Positions 31,048-40,281 of a DNA stretch of 64,000 nt are shown in pieces (position 1 is the first letter of the stretch; the number at the start of each line of letters is the position of its first letter). The notes beneath the pieces are model-generated. The model worked only from the letters and a program-made list of their open reading frames with translations, ran no database searches and was not told the origin of the DNA. This stretch comes from a bacterium. GTDB lineage: Bacteria; UBA8248; JACPRG01; G963555815. The position numbers and the translations under genes were made by a program. The DNA lies in NCBI GenBank assembly GCA_965218795.1, contig OZ244653.1, forward strand, positions 3,168,001 through 3,232,000, read 5' to 3'.

Positions 31048-31953
31048 TCAGGCCGCAATCTTGTCCAACACCATCAAGAAGAGAAGCAACGGCAGATGAA
31101 CCAACGAACCCAACAGCAACACCCTCGCCTTCATCACGCTCAAGGAAACCGCCGCCGATATTCCGCACGCCAAAAAGCCCAGGCCGGCGGCCAGCGCGGC
31201 GAAGAAATACCCCTGTCCGGCCAATCCCAGCAGGGTCGGCATGAGGCTCAAAACGAGCAGGGCCAGGCAGTTGATGAGAATCTGCCGGCCAACGCCCCGC
31301 GGGTCGGCATCTTTGCTGACGATATGGTGGACGCCCGCGCGCGCGTATTCCTCCTTGTAAAGCCAGCCGATGGCCAAGAGGTGCGGAAACTGCCAAACGA
31401 ACATGATGGCAAACAGGATCCAGGCTTCCAGGGGCAAACTCCCCGCAGCCGCGGCCCATCCGACCAGCGGCGGAAGCGCGCCGGCCACGGCCCCCGGCAA
31501 ATTGCAAAATTCCGTCTTCAGCTTCATCGGGGTATACATCAACAGGTACGTCACAACGATGACAGCGGTCAGCAATCCGGTCAGGCCATTGACGGCAAAG
31601 GTCACATACACCAATCCCGCAGTCGTCATCAAAAGCCCGAAAGCCAAGGCCTCGCCGGTCTTCAATCGTCCGTCCGGCAGCGGTCTCAGGCGTGTCCGAT
31701 CCATTCGGCCGTCCACCTCCCGCTCCAGATATTGGTTGAGGGCGAGGGTCCCCGAGGTCGTCAACGCCATGGCCAACAGCGTCTGGAACAGCATCCAGTA
31801 ATCCACCGCGCCCCGTGACCCCATGTAAAAACCGACCAGGATGGCCGTGAGCACCATCAGGACGACGCGGGGTTTGCTCATCGCCAGAAAATCGGCGGCG
31901 CGCCTCCGCACACTGGTGTTGCCAGCCTCGATGAATTGCGCTCGGGTCGTCAT
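31048..31953 (-). CDS. ctaB: Protoheme IX farnesyltransferase (heme O synthase)
   Basis: KPRVV, D.RM.RT..RPLP, YTPMK, WQFPH. Confidence 0.95.
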   Translation of the reverse strand: MTTRAQFIEAGNTSVRRRAADFLAMSKPRVVLMVLTAILVGFYMGSRGAVDYWMLFQTLLAMALTTSGTLALNQYLEREVDGRMDRTRLRPLPDGRLKTGEALAFGLLMTTAGLVYVTFAVNGLTGLLTAVIVVTYLLMYTPMKLKTEFCNLPGAVAGALPPLVGWAAAAGSLPLEAWILFAIMFVWQFPHLLAIGWLYKEEYARAGVHHIVSKDADPRGVGRQILINCLALLVLSLMPTLLGLAGQGYFFAALAAGLGFLACGISAAVSLSVMKARVLLLGSLVHLPLLLFLMVLDKIAA

Positions 31954-32972
31954 GCGGGCACCTGCTCCGTCACCCAGCTCCGGGCTTCGGCGGGCGTCCT
32001 GACCTCACGCCGCTCCCAGGAGCGAAGCACGAGAATCAGCGATACGGCCAGGACAGCGGCTCCAACGGTTACGTGCGACGTCGTCGGGATGACCGCCTTC
32101 CGCGTCCAAATGGTCAAAGCGCCCAGAATGATTTGAAATGTCAGCAGAGCGGCGAGGCCGCACGCCGGGCGGATCAGCTTCGGATCATTCGAATGACGGC
32201 GGAAGAGGACGGCAACCGTCCAGAAAACGAACCCCGTCACGGCGACAGCTCCCAGCCGGTGCATGAAATGAATCACCACACGAGGGTCGCTCAACGGCGG
32301 AATCCATTGGCCAAACGCCAAAGGAAAGTCCGGTATCGAGAGGCCCGCATGGGTATGCCTCATCAGGGCTCCCAAGAGCAACTGGATAAAAACAGCCGCC
32401 GTCGTGGCCATGCAGAGCTTTTGGATATCCGACGTGGTTCCGCTCGCCCCCACCCTTCCCGGGCCGCCCCAACGCGGGTGAGTGACCATGGCCAGCGCCA
32501 CCGTTACACACAAGAAGGCTTGCGCCAGAAGGGCGTGCGTGACTGAAACCGCCGTCGGAAGCTCGAGCAGGACCGTGATCCCGCCCAGGAGACCCTGGAG
32601 GATGACCGCGCCCAGAGCCGAAAGGGCCAGCCAACGGACCCACTTCCGCTTCTCCTTGACGCAAATCCAAACGGTGAGGACGACCGTGAGCAAGCCGACG
32701 ATGCCGGCGGCCATCCGATGCCCGTGTTCGTAAAACACTCCGCCCACCATCTTCGGAAACACTTGGCCGAAGGCCAGGGGCCAATCCGGCACGGCCAAGC
32801 CCGAGCCGGTGCTGGTCACCAAACCGCCGACGAAAATCAGTCCGAACGTGCACCAAGCCGTCAGGACCGCAAATCCGTGAATCCAGGGGGAGCGGTCCCT
32901 CCCGGACGCACCATCGGCGAGAACTCGGATCGATGACTCTTGAGTCGATGCCCCCTGGTTTGAGAGCCCCAT
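31950..32972 (-). CDS. ctaA: Heme A synthase, COX15/CtaA family
   Basis: GSGLAVPDWP, EHGHRM, QGLLGGITV, HFMHR. Confidence 0.92.
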   Translation of the reverse strand: MGLSNQGASTQESSIRVLADGASGRDRSPWIHGFAVLTAWCTFGLIFVGGLVTSTGSGLAVPDWPLAFGQVFPKMVGGVFYEHGHRMAAGIVGLLTVVLTVWICVKEKRKWVRWLALSALGAVILQGLLGGITVLLELPTAVSVTHALLAQAFLCVTVALAMVTHPRWGGPGRVGASGTTSDIQKLCMATTAAVFIQLLLGALMRHTHAGLSIPDFPLAFGQWIPPLSDPRVVIHFMHRLGAVAVTGFVFWTVAVLFRRHSNDPKLIRPACGLAALLTFQIILGALTIWTRKAVIPTTSHVTVGAAVLAVSLILVLRSWERREVRTPAEARSWVTEQVPA

Positions 32973-32985
32973 CGTGATCCTTCGG

Positions 32986-34731
32986 CTAATGGGCCGAAGC
33001 CGCTGAGGTTTCGAGCCTCTTGGTTTGCGGGAGCCAATCTTCTTCCACCTCGGCGGAACTGTACTCGTACGGGCCGCGATAAACCGTCACCGGCTCCGGG
33101 AAGTTTCCGTGCGGGACCGGCGTGGGCGCTGCCCATTCGACGGTATTGGCCTCCCACGGATTGACCTCGGCCTTTTTCCCCTTCGCCAGGCTGTAGATGA
33201 AGTTGACGGCGAAAACGAGCTGGAAGGCCCCCAGCAAAAGGGCGCTGATGGTCACGAATTCGTTCATGGGTTGAAGCGGCTTGAGGAATTCGTACTGAAG
33301 GGGATTGTAGATCCGCCGCATCATGCCACCGGTCCCCAGAAAGTGCATGGGGAAGAAAGTCAGGTTGAAGAAGACAAAGGTCCCCCAGAAATGGATATGA
33401 CCCAGCGGGCGATTCATCTCCTTTCCGAACATCTTTGGAAACCAATAGTAGATGCCCGCGAAGATTCCGAAAAAGCTTCCACCGAAGACCACATAGTGGA
33501 TATGGGCCACGATGAAATAGGTGTCGTGGATATACATGTCGACGGGGGTGGAGGCCATGAAGATGCCGCTCAATCCCCCGATGACGAACATCGACACAAA
33601 AGCCAAGCCGTTCAACATGGGGACCGTGAAGCGGATTTGTCCGCCCCAAAGGGTCCCCAGCCAATTGAACGTCTTGATGGCCGAGGGAACAGCGATAATC
33701 AGGGTTGTGATCATGAAGCTGGATCCCAGCGTCGGGTTCATCCCGCTCTGGAACATGTGGTGACCCCACACGATAAAGCCGAGGAAGCCTATGGCAATCA
33801 TCGCGTAGGCCATCGAGCGGTACCCGAAGATGGGCTTGCGCGAGAACGTCGAGAGAACATCCGAGCCGATGCCCATGGCCGGCAGGATCAGGACATACAC
33901 CTCCGGATGGCCGAAGAACCAGAACACGTGCTGCCACAGGAGCGGGTCGCCGCCGCCTTCGGGCAGGAAAAAGCTGGAGCCCAGGGTCCGGTCAAAGAGC
34001 AGCATGGCCAGCCCGGCGGTCAGCACGGGCAACGCGAGCAACAGGAGGATAGCGACGACGAACAATGACCAGAGCACCAGGGGGAGCCGGAAGTACGTCA
34101 TTCCCCGGGCCCGCATATTGATGACGGTCGTGATGTAGTTGATGGAGCCCGCGAGGGAGGAAAACGCCAGGATGATCAGGCTGATGATCCAAAGGTCCAT
34201 CCCCAATCCCACACCGGTGTATTCAGCCTTGGCGGACAAGGGCGCATAGGCCGTCCACCCTCCGGCCGAATGTCCTCCGGGCACGGCAAACCCGATGAGC
34301 ATGACGATTGCCGCGATGATGGCCAGCCATACGGACAGCATATTCAGCTTGGGAAACGCCATGTCCGGCGCGCCAATCATCAGCGGAATCAGATAGTTGC
34401 CGAAACACCCCACCAGGATGGGCATAATGACGAAGAAGACCATGATGGTGGCGTGCATCGTGAAGAGCATGTTGTAGAACTCGGGCGGGATGATGCCCCC
34501 ATACATATAGGGCTCGGGCACCCAACCGAAACCGGGCATGGGTTGCTCCGGGTAACCCAGCTGCCACCGGACCATCATGGCGAACAGCCCCCCGAAGATC
34601 ATCATGATGAGACCGAGCCAGAGGAACTGCTTGGCGATCATCTTGTGGTCAGTCGAGAAAACGTACGTTTGGACGAAACCCAAATCGTGCTCATGACCGT
34701 GCGCCGCGTGCGCGGCAGCCGCTTCACTCAT
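32986..34731 (-). CDS. ctaD: Cytochrome c oxidase subunit I, type A1
   Basis: FWFFGHPEVY, VWGHHM, HDTYFIVAHIHY, MMRR. Confidence 0.97.
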   Translation of the reverse strand: MSEAAAAHAAHGHEHDLGFVQTYVFSTDHKMIAKQFLWLGLIMMIFGGLFAMMVRWQLGYPEQPMPGFGWVPEPYMYGGIIPPEFYNMLFTMHATIMVFFVIMPILVGCFGNYLIPLMIGAPDMAFPKLNMLSVWLAIIAAIVMLIGFAVPGGHSAGGWTAYAPLSAKAEYTGVGLGMDLWIISLIILAFSSLAGSINYITTVINMRARGMTYFRLPLVLWSLFVVAILLLLALPVLTAGLAMLLFDRTLGSSFFLPEGGGDPLLWQHVFWFFGHPEVYVLILPAMGIGSDVLSTFSRKPIFGYRSMAYAMIAIGFLGFIVWGHHMFQSGMNPTLGSSFMITTLIIAVPSAIKTFNWLGTLWGGQIRFTVPMLNGLAFVSMFVIGGLSGIFMASTPVDMYIHDTYFIVAHIHYVVFGGSFFGIFAGIYYWFPKMFGKEMNRPLGHIHFWGTFVFFNLTFFPMHFLGTGGMMRRIYNPLQYEFLKPLQPMNEFVTISALLLGAFQLVFAVNFIYSLAKGKKAEVNPWEANTVEWAAPTPVPHGNFPEPVTVYRGPYEYSSAEVEEDWLPQTKRLETSAASAH

Positions 34732-34807
34732 CGCTCACCCTTTTTGTACGGAGATTTTGTTCGAGGGATCACCCTGTCCGCCATTCGTCCTGCCCACTCA
34801 ACGGGGT

Positions 34808-35467
34808 CTACGTGGACGGCCAGGTCTTCTTCACCCAAGCCGAGTAATCTTCCGGAGAATGCACAACCAGCCTGCCATTCATCCCGGAGTGGCCGAAACC
34901 GCAAAGCTCGGCGCACGGGATTTCATACGTCCCCGGCTTGGTGGCCTCGAACCAGGCGGGGATGACACGCCCGGGAACGATATCCTGCTTCAGCCTCAGG
35001 TTGGGGACGAAGAAGCTGTGAATCACATCCTTCGCGGTCATGTCGATGCGCACAACCTTGTCCACCGGAACGTGCATCTCGTTCTCCAAGGTGACGTCAT
35101 CCTTGGTCCCGAACTTCTTGTCCGGGCCCGGGTAGGTCATATCCCAGTTGAACTGTTTCGCGTGGACGTTGACGTGAATCTCGCCCGGCGGCATATCGAT
35201 TTTGATTTTTCCCCAGGAAGACTGACCCATAATCGCCAGAATGACGAGAATGATGGCCGGGACGATGGTCCAGACGACCTCCAGGGTATTGTTGCCGTGG
35301 GTGTATTTGGCCCGGCCCCCTTCCCGGCGGCGGTACTTGATCAGAAACCATATCATCGCGACAGCCACCAGAATGAATGCGATCATGGTGACGTAGTAAA
35401 TGATATAAAACATGCGGTCGATTTCCGCCCCGTAGGTCGAAACGTTTTCCGGCAGCCAGTTGAGCAT
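34808..35467 (-). CDS. ctaC: Cytochrome c oxidase subunit II
   Basis: DVIHSF and CuA motif CAELCGFGHSGM. Confidence 0.96.
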   Translation of the reverse strand: MLNWLPENVSTYGAEIDRMFYIIYYVTMIAFILVAVAMIWFLIKYRRREGGRAKYTHGNNTLEVVWTIVPAIILVILAIMGQSSWGKIKIDMPPGEIHVNVHAKQFNWDMTYPGPDKKFGTKDDVTLENEMHVPVDKVVRIDMTAKDVIHSFFVPNLRLKQDIVPGRVIPAWFEATKPGTYEIPCAELCGFGHSGMNGRLVVHSPEDYSAWVKKTWPST

Positions 35468-35616
35468 GGGCCTTTTCTTATCCTTCTGATTGGGAACGGT
35501 CGTTAAACGGAAGGTGCCTTTCGGAATCGGCGCCGAGCCTTCCCCCCGCCTCTACGTCATCACCGGCTCATTGGGGGAATGCCTGCAAGCGGCGGCTCCC
35601 CTTCCCGCCATACGTC

Positions 35617-36357
35617 CTATTTCTTCATCGATACGGTCACGGATGCGGTTTCCTTGGCCTTGACCGTCACCGCCTGGACGGATGCGCCCAGGGTTTCGTG
35701 CCAGATCTCGAGCTTATAGTCCCCCGGCGGAATGTTGGTCAGCTCGAACTTCCCATCCTCGCCCGTCACCGCATGGTAAGGGTGCTCGGCCACGACGACG
35801 TAGCCATTCATCCATCCGTGAACGTCGCACTTGACATTCATGATCTCGGGCTTGGAAAAGTATGTCTTGCCCTTCAGGCCCATTTTCTTCAGAAACTTCG
35901 GCTGGGCCCGATTGACGGTCTTGTTTTTCTTCGGGAAGGTGTGAAAGTTGTGCAGGATTCCGTCATTGTTCAGGATATTGATCGACCGCTTCATCCGAAG
36001 CAGCCGGACATGCGGAGTGAAGACGCAGCCTTTTTGGTCAATGGACCGCTGCTTTTTCCCCCAGATTTTCTTCTTCCACTTCTTCCCGGACTTGATGTCC
36101 ATCAGTCGGGCGACCGCCCAACGCACGCCGCCTTCCGAACCCACCACCAGGCTTTCATCCTGAATCGGACTCTTCGCGCAAACGTCCTTGTTCTTGTTGG
36201 CTTCCAAATTCCTGGGAGAAGGGGCTTCCCCGTCCAACTTCACCACCCCGCTGATGGCGCCGCCTTCAAACCCCTTCTTGTATTTGTAGGCCGATGCCGT
36301 TGTCGCCAACGACAGCCCCACGCCCAGAACCATCAAACCCAGCACACTTCTTCGCAT
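35617..36357 (-). CDS. Secreted cupredoxin-like / carboxypeptidase-regulatory-like domain protein
   Basis: Signal peptide, DQKGCVF.P, LHN, CDVHGWM, IPPGDY...WHE. Confidence 0.8.
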   Translation of the reverse strand: MRRSVLGLMVLGVGLSLATTASAYKYKKGFEGGAISGVVKLDGEAPSPRNLEANKNKDVCAKSPIQDESLVVGSEGGVRWAVARLMDIKSGKKWKKKIWGKKQRSIDQKGCVFTPHVRLLRMKRSINILNNDGILHNFHTFPKKNKTVNRAQPKFLKKMGLKGKTYFSKPEIMNVKCDVHGWMNGYVVVAEHPYHAVTGEDGKFELTNIPPGDYKLEIWHETLGASVQAVTVKAKETASVTVSMKK

Positions 36358-36523
36358 GTCCGGTTCATCCTTTACTTTGAAAAACTGACGTGTTCTTCGC
36401 ACGCTCCTTTCTTCCCAGTCTTCGCGCCGGGAAGATTCACGGGGAACGCATAACGGTTGGAAAATTGACGCGGAGCAATACCTGAACGTCTCGTTCCGCC
36501 AGCCCACTGGAGCTTTGAAAATC

Positions 36524-36584
36524 TTGTGAAATGAATCACATCTTTCAGGACTATATCATGTTGAAGGAGGGGTAGCCGTGTCAA
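36524..36584 (-). promoter_or_regulatory. Putative cox operon promoter with downstream Rex/Crp-type operator
   Basis: Minus strand TTGACA (36579-36584) N18 CATGAT; TGTGA-AATGAA-TCACA at 36525-36540. Confidence 0.55.
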
Positions 36585-36949
36585 GACAAAGCAAGAAAAA
36601 AATGAGGCATGATTTCCGCTTCGTTCGAAGCCTGTCCAGCGGAACCTCGTGATTCGGGTACGTACTGGATGGGCTGAACTCCGCCCCCTGACGCTGCCTC
36701 CCGCGCGGGCCGCGTCCCCTTCCCCGAACCGCCGCCCTTGTTCCCACCGAACACGGCGTCATTCGAGGGAACAGACACGGGAGACAGCCCATGCGCATCC
36801 ATGCAAACATCAATGAACGGACCCTACGCTTAAAAAAACCCTCAACCACGTTCACTTTGTCGCATTGTTCACTTTTCCGCTTTAGTCTCACTTTCTTGTA
36901 GGAGTTGCTGAGCATATGTCATGATTTCGCCCGCCTCCTTGCTCGCCGG

Positions 36950-37387
36950 TTATCGCAAGTGGGCGGTCTCGATATCACCCCAGTGTTCGTTCAGATATTC
37001 CGCTACGAGCCGACGGTGGCAGTGGTGCGGCTGATCTTCGCTACACAGGAGACAACCGTCGCTTAGAACATCTTTTGGAGTCGTCTCCTCGATGCGCCGC
37101 TCGCGCATCAGTTCGATGAAGCGGGTTTCATAAGTCTCCCAGCCCACGGCTCCTGATCGATACTCGCGCAACAACTCCTTCGTGGGGGCGAGGCTCGGCA
37201 GATGAACATAGCCCATCCCGCAAATCTCTTCGAGGAAGTACGCGAGACCGTCCTTCTTGGCGAAACCAGCGAGTTGCTACCCGTTGTTGATTCGCACGTC
37301 CAATATCCGCTTCACACCCGATTCACGCAGCAAGTCGAAGAAACGGCGCGCCGACTTCTTGGTGAATCCGATGGTGAATAACTTCAT
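36950..37387 (-). pseudogene. DUF488 family protein with in-frame TAG at codon 37
   Basis: MKLFTIGFTKKSA..FF..DVRINNG*QLAGFAKK...LLCSEDQPHHCHRRLVAEYL; TAG at 37277-37279. Confidence 0.85.
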
Positions 37388-38010
37388 TGGATTGCTCCAG
37401 TGGAAGTCTTGGCCGGATTCTCGTCCACGAAGGCAACACGTCTTGCCTGGCGCTCCACTGCCTCGGCGATCAGAGCCTTCCGCGTCAGGAATAGCTCGCC
37501 CTCGGGTCGTAGGTTGAAGCGCTCAAGCAGGCGATCCATCGCCTCGCCGTGAGTCTCCAACTCGCCGCCGGCGTGGATGTGGGCGACCTCGACACCACGT
37601 TCGTCGAGCGCTTGGGCGATGAGGAGCGTCCGGTGGCAGTCGAGCGGCTCCTTTTCCGCGCACATGAGCGCGATCCGGTGTCTGACGACCCCACGAACGA
37701 CACGGTTGAGTCCATGTTGGAACGACTCGGTTGCGACGACCCGGTCATAGCGGATACGCCCGTTCTCGTAACATTCGGGGTCGGCGGATCGACCGCCTAG
37801 CTCGCAGCCCAGATACACGTACTCGGTCCCGCCCGCCTTGAGGACATCGACGAGCGAGTCACGATTGAACTGAGGATTGAAGCGACTGTATGGCGCCGAG
37901 CGGACATCGGCCAAGGCAGTGACGTGATGTTGTTGCAGAAGAGCAATAAAGGCGTCCAGGGTGTGGGTGGAATGGCCGATGGTGAGGATGGGGATATCGG
38001 TCTTGTTCAT
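37384..38010 (-). CDS. DUF488 family protein
   Basis: TIGHS, DVRSAPYSR..PQF, ELGGR, LMCAEKEPLDCHR. Confidence 0.9.
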   Translation of the reverse strand: MNKTDIPILTIGHSTHTLDAFIALLQQHHVTALADVRSAPYSRFNPQFNRDSLVDVLKAGGTEYVYLGCELGGRSADPECYENGRIRYDRVVATESFQHGLNRVVRGVVRHRIALMCAEKEPLDCHRTLLIAQALDERGVEVAHIHAGGELETHGEAMDRLLERFNLRPEGELFLTRKALIAEAVERQARRVAFVDENPAKTSTGAIQ

Positions 38011-38030
38011 GGCGTTATCGTTACTCGATT

Positions 38031-38282
38031 TCAATCTTCAATGACAGCCGCGATCAGCTTGTAGACGTTGCCTTGGTATGGTTCCCCGAGGCTGATGGTG
38101 AGGTAGCAATTATCGAGTTCATACTGACGCTCGTTTTCGGATGCCGCCTGATTATCGCGCTCACTGACAGGTCGAATCCAGTCGCCGGCTCCCTGCTTCT
38201 CGGACCATTCCCGGCCGGCGACGCACCGTCCAGACAACTTTCGAGAGTTCGCCAGACAGACGATGCGCTTCCAATCGGACAT
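38031..38282 (-). pseudogene. Dual-OB domain protein, probably internally deleted
   Basis: CLANSRK.SGRCVAG..WIRPVS joined directly to LTISLGEPY...YKLIAAV in only 83 aa. Confidence 0.7.
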
Positions 38283-38699
38283 GATTGATTTCCTCTCGTC
38301 CCCTACTCGACGGTCAAATCATGAGCCGCTACTTAAGTTGCTTGCCATAACCGACTCCGAAAAGCGCCCCGACACCCTATTACCAAGAAGCCGATGCACA
38401 GGTTGCCACGCATCTCAGTTCCCTTCAAGCGCATTTGGGAGGACGGTGCAGAACGAGTATTACTGGCTCGCCGCGATCGGGCTTCTCATGAGCGCGGTCC
38501 CGATGTACTACTATGGGCGCATCATCATGGTGCCGTTCACGGAAAACCGGGGGGAGGGCCAGGGTGAGGGAAACTGGATTCCTGCCTGCGCAGTACGCCA
38601 GGGGGGGGTCGCAACGGCGAGGCATTTGCTGACTCCGCACTACGCCGAAGGCCGAGGCCAGGACGGTCTGCGTGGAGGCCGGACTCGGCAGGTTGCCCC

Positions 38700-39045
38700 A
38701 AGCACGCCGGCATTCTCGCTCGTCCTCCTGTGTCCACTCTGCATTACTGTTGGTTTCGTTCTCCAAACGTTGCAGGTGCTGCCCGGAATCCACCCGTATC
38801 GGGTTACCGCCTTCGTAGCCATTATCACGTTCAGAAAGTCCGCACGATTGAACACCTTGTAGTTGCAATTTTCTATTTCCAATGCGGCGATCGACCACGC
38901 GAGGCTGATTGCCTGTCTTGAGATGGATCGGGTAGAGATGTCCCTTCGCAACCTCGCCAATCTGCGTGCTACCCTCTATTGCATGGTTGTAGTACCTCGA
39001 CAGTTGTTCGTCGTGGTCCTTCGTGCTCGTCTTGTCCTCGATCAA
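38700..39045 (-). pseudogene. PD-(D/E)XK nuclease family remnant
   Basis: LIEDKT..H.EQLSRY...LKTGN, then frameshifts; no recognisable start. Confidence 0.5.
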
Positions 39046-39198
39046 GGTTGAGCCGAACCCGATGACGAACGGCCGCCTGGAAAGCTCCATGAAATTGACA
39101 CAACCCCCCTCCAATCCATAGGATGACGGTATTCGAAGATTCGCGATTCGAGCCGGGGAACCGGTGTCCAAAACCTCGGTCCATCGAACCCGACCGAT

Positions 39199-39258
39199 CC
39201 CTCACCCCGTCCCTCTCCACCATGGGAGGGAGAGAGTGGCCGAAGGTCGGGTGAGGGG
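39199..39258. repeat. CCCTCACCC...GGGTGAGGG palindromic element
   Basis: CCCTCACCCCGTCCCTCTCC...GGGAGAGAG...GGGTGAGGGG. Confidence 0.6.
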
Positions 39259-39274
39259 AAACCAGGGGAAAACC

Positions 39275-39988
39275 ATGGCGTTCAAGGAGCACCGAGTCGT
39301 CGATCTGACACAAGACCTGTACCAAGGCCAGCCGGTCTTCGTCGGGCACCCCGAGACCAAAGTCTGGGACTGCATGACCCACAAGAAGTCGGCCGCATCG
39401 GGCCGGTTCGTCAGTGAGATGAGTTATACGGCCAAGGTCATCCAACTCTGCGAGCACGGCCCGACGCACGTCGACTCCATCAGCCACATCGATCCCCGGC
39501 CGGGCGCTCCGAGCATCGACAAGATGCCGCTCGATTTCTTTTACAACGAAGCCATCTGCATCGACCTGTCCGATACCGAGCCCCGCACCTCCATCCCGCG
39601 CGGGCGAATCGAGCAGGAACTCGAGAAAACCGGTCTCGACATCCCGGAGGGCGGGACTCTCCTTTTTCACCTGGGGCACTACAACCGGTTTTATCCCTCG
39701 CCGGAATATTCGACTCAGTACGGGGGCCTGAGCGCCGAAGCGGCGGAATTCATTTACGTGGAAAAAGGAGCGCTCAACATCGGGACAGACGCGCCCAGCA
39801 TCGATAATGCCGCCGACAATGCGTTTCCCTGCCACGTTATCTGCCGCCATCACCAGCGAACCAACACCGAGAACCTCTGTCACCTGGAGGAGCTGGCGGG
39901 CCAGCGGTTTCTCTTCATCGGCCTTCCGCTCAAAATTCGCGAGGGCACGGGCTCGCCAATCCGGGCCGTAGCCGTCCTTGGCGCCTAG
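39275..39988 (+). CDS. Cyclase family metal-dependent hydrolase, kynurenine formamidase-like
   Basis: EHGPTHVDSISH, GTDAPSID, ENL, PLKI..GTGSPIRAVA. Confidence 0.9.
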   Translation: MAFKEHRVVDLTQDLYQGQPVFVGHPETKVWDCMTHKKSAASGRFVSEMSYTAKVIQLCEHGPTHVDSISHIDPRPGAPSIDKMPLDFFYNEAICIDLSDTEPRTSIPRGRIEQELEKTGLDIPEGGTLLFHLGHYNRFYPSPEYSTQYGGLSAEAAEFIYVEKGALNIGTDAPSIDNAADNAFPCHVICRHHQRTNTENLCHLEELAGQRFLFIGLPLKIREGTGSPIRAVAVLGA

Positions 39989-40281
39989 CGTGGACCCGCA
40001 TCCCGCCTTCTCCCGTGCGGAGAATCACGGGCCACGGGACAGGCTCTTCGACTGAAACACTCGGGGACAGCCCCGGCCGCCTGGGGCGATGATTTGCTCC
40101 ATTCCCTCCTCTCCCTCATCGCCGTATGATGCGGCTCGTCCAATCCCCATCCGGATTGACAGGGACTGCGGTTTCTTGCTTGAATGACCGGATTTTCAGG
40201 CTCCAGGATCCATGACAACGGCGTGAGGAAATTCGACCGTTTCAGAAGCTTCGAGGATTACCCACTCATGGCGGACGAGAC

